NCBI RefSeq assembly: GCF_006345805.1
Contig: NW_021836659.1
Span: 1-23,410 of the forward strand
DNA length: 23,410 nt
Reading direction: 5' to 3'
Source of the DNA: Octopus sinensis
Taxonomy: Eukaryota
The translations under genes were made by a program, and so were the position numbers. The notes beneath the pieces are model-generated. The model did no database searches. It saw only the letters and a list, made by a program, of their open reading frames with translations, and was not told the DNA's origin. This document shows, piece by piece, positions 18,475 to 23,410 of the stretch. Position 1 is the stretch's first letter, and each line of letters starts with the position of its first letter.

Positions 18475-18790
18475 AATTTCTTCAGTTGGAATTTACCTAT
18501 GATTTTTCCAAGTAGATTCGATTGGGTTATGGCATATAAAGTTTTTTCAATTTCACCCCCAATTAAGCAAAAATTTGAGAAAACTAAACATTTTACGATT
18601 TGCCTCTCTAATTTCAACTGCTTCACTCCTATTACCACACTTTCTCCTACTTTCTCTTTGCAAGTGTACCTTCAACCACTACTCAAAAAAAATACACAGG
18701 AAACAGAAACAAATAAATACATAACGATTTATTCCTCACACAATTTCTTCAATTGGAATTTACCTATGATTTTTCGAAGTACATTCCATT
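18475..18790. repeat. 49-bp direct repeat pair (18475-18523 and 18742-18790)
   Basis: 45/49 identical by manual alignment; period 267 bp. Confidence 0.9.
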
Positions 18791-19016
18791 CTATATTTTA
18801 TAAATTAAAATTGGTTTTTAATTTACTTTCTGTCGCTAAGTTTTGGTAGTATTAATTTGCGAGCGTACTTTAGTTGTCAATTGTTGAAAGAAAGAAATTG
18901 TAAGCTAAGAAGGTGTGTGTGTGTGTAGGAAGTGAAGGATAAAAATATGGCAAGAAGTGGACAGATGTACATATATACATACATCCATACATACATACAT
19001 GTGTGTGTGTGTGTTA

Positions 19017-19407
19017 TCTCTCTCTATATAAAGCTGAAGTTGTCTGTGTGCGCCAGGTTTGGTAACCTTCAACTAACACTATCTCCTCCGAGACCCTGCG
19101 GCGCAAGTTGACCAAAATTGAGAGTATGATAGAAGAAGGGTTGCTCTTCCTTCCGTAGAAGATAACATTCAAATCGGACCATGTTAACACCAAAAATTAT
19201 TTACATCAAAAAGGTGCTTTTTTCTATGAAAATCCCTATTTTTTACGAATTTTTCACTGCTGTGTCACCACTTTTCGGTGTATCTCAACCAGAAAAATGT
19301 TCACTTGAAGAGAATAACAAGCTACATAATGCAAAATTTTTACTTTTCAAAAATTCCAATTCCAGCGGGTCGAAACAAACCCGAGCAACACCGGGCGATA
19401 CTGCTAG
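19017..19407 (+). mobile_element. Non-autonomous Helitron, complete
   Basis: A|TC start (19016|19017), 3' hairpin CCCG...CGGG (19380-19395), CTAG|T end (19404-19407|19408), no TSD. These are the canonical Helitron termini. Confidence 0.8.
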
Positions 19408-19413
19408 TATATA

Positions 19414-19790
19414 TGTGTGTGTTCCATTATCGCTTGACAACCAGTGTGAGCTTACATCTCTGTAATAGGCTTTAAAAAAAAGTGTTGTGGTCAACTTGTT
19501 TGACTAAAAACCCTGCAAGGCGGTGCTCCAGCATGGCTGTAGTCAAATGACTGAAACAAGCAAAAGGATAAAAGAATATATCTGTATGTGTGTTGATGTT
19601 TGTCCCCCACCACTGCCGGACAACTGGTGATGTTTATGTCACCAGGACTTAGTGGCTTGGCAAGTGAGACTGATAGAATAAGGACTAGGCTTAAAAAAAA
19701 AAGTACTGGAGACAATTTGTGCAACTAAAATTCCTCAAAGTGGTGCTCCATCATGGCCACAGTCTTGCGACTGAAACAAGTAAAAGAGAG
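19414..19790 (+). mobile_element. Two tandem repeat family C copies (19414-19576 and 19586-19790)
   Basis: Both end GGTGCTCCA.CATGG..CAGTC...GACTGAAACAAG.AAAAG. Confidence 0.75.
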
Positions 19791-20069
19791 AAAAAAATAT
19801 TAGATAAATGAGGAGTGAGATAAACTGTCCAAAAAAACAGGACAGGATGGTCATTGCCAGAATGTTCTGATATCAGATCTGCGTAATCAGAGCTGACCTG
19901 ATTGGGAGTGGTGATGGTGCTAAGCAACAATGACAACAACAAAAAAAATATCATTAAAAATAAAGCCTCCAAAAAAAAAAAAAAAAGCAACACTCAACAT
20001 GTACAAAAAAAAAAAGAAAAAATAGTGGTTAACAGAAAAAACAATAATAACAATAATAAAAATAACAAT

Positions 20070-20285
20070 AATGGTTTCAAATTTTGCCACAAGGGCAGCC
20101 ATTGGCGGGGGCGGGGAGTCATTAACATTGACTCCAGTGTTACACTAGTACTTAATTTATTGACGCAGAAAGGAAAAAAAGGCTAAGTCGACCTCGGCGG
20201 AATTTGAACTTAGAATGTTGCAACAGACGGAATACCACTAAGCATTTTGTCCAGTGTGCTAACAATTCTGGCACGTTGACCCCTT
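20070..20285 (-). mobile_element. SINE family B copy B6
   Basis: AGTCGACCTCGGCGGAATTTGAACTTAGAA; AAT-rich repeats on both sides. Confidence 0.82.
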
Positions 20286-20297
20286 AATAATAATAAT

Positions 20298-21376
20298 CAT
20301 CATCATCATCATCATTTAACATCCGCTTTCCATGCTAGCATGGGTTGGACAATTTGACAGAGGACTGGCGAACCAGATAGCTGCGCCAGGCTCCAATCTA
20401 ATCTGGCAGAGTTTCTACAGCTGGATGCCCTTCCTAACACCAACCACTCCGAGACTGTAGTGGGTGCTTTTAAAGTACCACCGGCACGAGGGCCAGTCTG
20501 GTGGTACTGGCAACAGCCATGCTCAAAAATGGTGTTTTTTACGTGCCACCTGCACAAGAGTCAGTCCAGCAGCACTGGCAACGACCTTGCTCAAATGTTT
20601 TGTTCACATGCCACCGGCACAAGTGCCAGTGAGGCGACGCTGACAACGATCACGCTCAAATGGTGCTCCTTACGCGCCAGACAGCTGCTCTGGCAGTGAT
20701 CCCGCTTGGATGGAGCTGTTAGCGTTCCACTGGCAAGGGTGCCAGTCATTGAATTTGGTTCAATTTCGATTTCACTTGCCTCAACAGGTCTTCGCAGTAG
20801 AGTTTTGTGTCCAAAGAAGGAAAGGTATACATAAGTGGGCTGGCTACATCCTGGTAAAGGCCATGGTTTATGGTCTCACTTGTCCCGCCGGGTCTTCTCA
20901 CGCACAGCATATTTCCAAAGGTCTCGGTCACTAGTCATTGCCTCGGTGAGGCCTAATGTTCAAAGATCATGCTTCACCACCTCGTCCCAGGTTTTCCTGG
21001 GTCTACCTCTTCTACAGGTTCTCTCAACCGTTAGGGTGTGGCACTTTTTCACACAACTATCTTCATCCATTCTCGCCACATGACCATACCAGCGCAATCG
21101 TCTGTCTTGCACACCACAACTGATGCTTCTTAGGTGCAACTTTTCTCTCAAGGTACTTACACTCTGTTGAGTATGTACACTGACATTACACATCCATCGG
21201 AGCATACTGGCTTCATTCCTTGCAATTTACGCATGTCCTCAGCAGTCACGGCCCATGTTTCACTGCCATGTAGCATGGCTGTTTGTACACATGCGTCATA
21301 CAGTCTGCCTTTTACTCTAAGCAAGAGGCCCTTTGTCACCAGCAGAGGTAAGAGCTCTATGAACTTTGCCCAGGCT
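20298..21376 (-). mobile_element. 5'-truncated RTE LINE, same family as 1-1322
   Basis: (CAT)n tail, 3'UTR, and a coding remnant at 20876-21376 (AWAKFIELL...LHGSETW...RRLRWYGH...) with a frameshift near 21225 and a premature TGA at 20960-20962. TAATAATAATAAT flanks both sides (20285-20297 and 21376-21388). Confidence 0.92.
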
Positions 21377-21389
21377 AATAATAATAATA

Positions 21390-21582
21390 ACAAAAACACC
21401 AGGACTTACAAATATATATAACATACAGAAAATTGCACTACTGGGCACTGCACACATCCTACGCAAAACACTTTCAATACAGTAACCATAAGAGCATCAC
21501 AACAAACCACAGCACATACCCAAGGCACACAGATCTGTGCTCGGTAGTGACGTGAAAGCACGCTATAAAAATAAATCTACTG
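21390..21582 (+). mobile_element. 3' remnant of an R4/Dong-type (RLE) non-LTR retrotransposon
   Basis: 21390-21485 encodes TKTPGLTNIYNIQKIALLGTAHILRKTLSIQ*, the QKxxLLGTxxILR C-terminus typical of R4/Dong elements. A ~100-bp UTR follows, and (AAT)n lies on both sides. Confidence 0.75.
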
Positions 21583-21626
21583 AATAATAATAATAATAAT
21601 AACAATAATAATAATCATAATAATAA

Positions 21627-21842
21627 TTTCTTTCGACTGGAAGTACAAGGCATCAAATTTGGGGGAAGGGATTAAGTTGATTACATTGACCCTAGTGCGT
21701 AACCGGTACTTATTTAATTGATCAAGAAAAGATGAAAGGCAAAGTCGACCTCGGCAGAATTTGAACTCAGAATGTAGCAATAGATGAGATACCGCTAAGC
21801 ATTTTGCCTGGCATGCTAACAATTCTGCCAGCTCACTGCCTT
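21627..21842 (-). mobile_element. SINE family B copy B7
   Basis: GATGAAAGGCAAAGTCGACCTCGGCAGAATTTGAACTCAG; head AATTCTGCCAGCTCACTGCCTT. Confidence 0.88.
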
Positions 21843-22091
21843 CATCATCATCATCATCGTTTAACGTCCGCTTTCCATGCTAGCATGGGTTGGACGGTTC
21901 AACTGGGGTCTGGCAAGCCCAAAGGCTGCACCAGGCCAGTCAGATCTGGCAGTGTTTCTACAGCTGGATGCCCTTCCTAACGCCAACCACTCCGAGAGTG
22001 TAGTGGGTGATTTTATGTGCCACCGACACAGGTGCCAGACGAGGCTGGCAGACGGCCACGCTCAGATGGTGTTTTTTATGTGCCACCAACG
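21843..22091 (-). mobile_element. 5'-truncated RTE 3'UTR copy
   Basis: (CAT)n CGTTTAACGTCCGCTTTCCATGCTAGCATGGGTTGGACGG..., closely similar to 1020-1322 in reverse complement. Confidence 0.88.
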
Positions 22092-22106
22092 TAATAATAA
22101 AAATAA

Positions 22107-22535
22107 TCTTTTGTACCCTAGGCACAAGGCCAAAATTTTTGGAGAGCAAGCAAGTCGATTAGATCGATCTCAGTATACAACTGGTACTTAATTTATCGAC
22201 CCTGAAAGGATGAAAGGCAAGGTTGACCCCAGCAGAATCTGAACTCAAAACGTAAAGACATGAAATACCGCTAAGCATTTCACCCAGCATGTTAACGTTT
22301 CTTAATTCTTTATTACCCACAAGGGGCTAAACATAGAGGGGTCAGACAAAGACAGACAAAGGGATTAAGTCAATTACATCGACCCCAGTGCGTAACTAGT
22401 ACTTAATTTATCGACCCCGAAAGGATGAAAGGCAAAGTCGACCTCGGCAGAATTTGAACTCAGAACGCAGCGGCAGACAAAATACTGCTAAGCATTTCAC
22501 CTGGCATGCTAACGTTTCTGCCAGATCGCTGCCTT
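22107..22535 (-). mobile_element. Two tandem SINE family B copies (B8 22107-22302, B9 22301-22535)
   Basis: Both carry TTAATTTATCGACCC.GAAAGGATGAAAGGCAA and the reverse-complement B-box; only B9 has a complete head. Confidence 0.88.
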
Positions 22536-22932
22536 AGTAGTAGAAGTAGTAATAGTAGTAATAATAATAATAATCCCACACTGCAACAATTAATGGATGG
22601 AATGAAATGGTGTAGAAATTCTTTCTACTGCTCAAATTTTTACAACAGAGAATATCACAAAAGGAAAGAAATTGAGTCATGTGGTGGCTGTTGGTGGTGG
22701 GGGAGATACTCCTCCTACTCCATCTTCCCACAGTCTCTACTTCCTCTACCGCTCCATCCACCACCCCCGGCACCATTCCTGCTGCTCTCTATATTGCAGT
22801 TAGCTCTTGCAAAACATTTCAACAACTCCCATGAAATTGAAAACCCCCTTTCTTTTCCAACCAACAAGCCAGCCAACCAACCAGACGAACAGACAGACAG
22901 GCAACAGTAACAAGGAAGAATTTCACCAGTTC

Positions 22933-22934
<2 letters not shown>

Positions 22935-22970
<36 letters not shown>
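22935..22970. repeat. (AC)n microsatellite
   Basis: Directly visible. Confidence 0.95.
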
Positions 22971-22971
<1 letters not shown>

Positions 22972-23313
22972 GACAACAAAAGCCAAAAACAAACGAACAC
23001 ATACAAAAATAAAATAAATCAATACCATTTGAAAAAATAGTCTTGAATTTGTGTAGTCAGAAACTAGGGATTTTCAGAAAACTTTGATTAACAAACTTCC
23101 TGCTCCCTGTTGTTATTAGATAATTAAAAGTAAACCCATGTAACCTAACTATATATATATATACACACCACACACATATATATATATATATATATTATTA
23201 GATTTTTCATTTTTTCTACGTTTGTTTTATATATTTGTTTTCAACCACTAATCTTCATTAGCAGCAGCAGCAGTTGTAGTAGCAGCAGCAATATCACTAT
23301 CAGCAGTAGCAGA

Positions 23314-23410
23314 CCAACCACGAAAATGAAGATCTACCAGGCATGTGTGTACTTGCACTCTACTGTATGGAAGTGAGACTTGGACGCCATACACACACCA
23401 AGAGCGTCGC
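23314..23410 (+). pseudogene. Fragment of a second RTE (BovB-like) RT C-terminus, running off the window end
   Basis: TTKMKIYQAC-(frameshift)-TLLYGSETWTPYTHQERR; preceded by an (AGC/AGT)n tract at 23259-23311. Confidence 0.75.

Noticed and set aside
18499-19494. ORFs of 65-116 aa
   Set aside because: AT-rich chance frames, or frames inside the non-autonomous Helitron; no Rep/helicase motifs.
22506-23040. 134-aa and neighbouring ORFs near the window end
   Set aside because: They start in a SINE head or cross simple repeats, are low-complexity, and show no recognisable domain.

Overview
Eukaryotic, AT-rich, repeat-saturated window with no intact protein-coding gene. The repeat families are ones I recognise from memory as typical of Octopus/cephalopod genomes (inference, not a database result). 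It contains decayed RTE-clade LINE fragments and many short copies sharing their 3' tail, two tRNA-derived SINE families, hAT-, piggyBac- and Tc1-type MITEs, two non-autonomous Helitrons, an R4/Dong-type LINE remnant and many microsatellites, often nested. The most notable object is a ~490-bp fold-back insertion (6012-6499) with a 12-bp target-site duplication. Each arm carries a tRNA-like Pol III head followed by a minimal type I hammerhead-ribozyme motif, which suggests a SINE-like non-autonomous Penelope-type element. A few phase-compatible candidate exons suggest the window may lie in introns of a minus-strand gene (low confidence). Most boundaries were placed by eye and are approximate.
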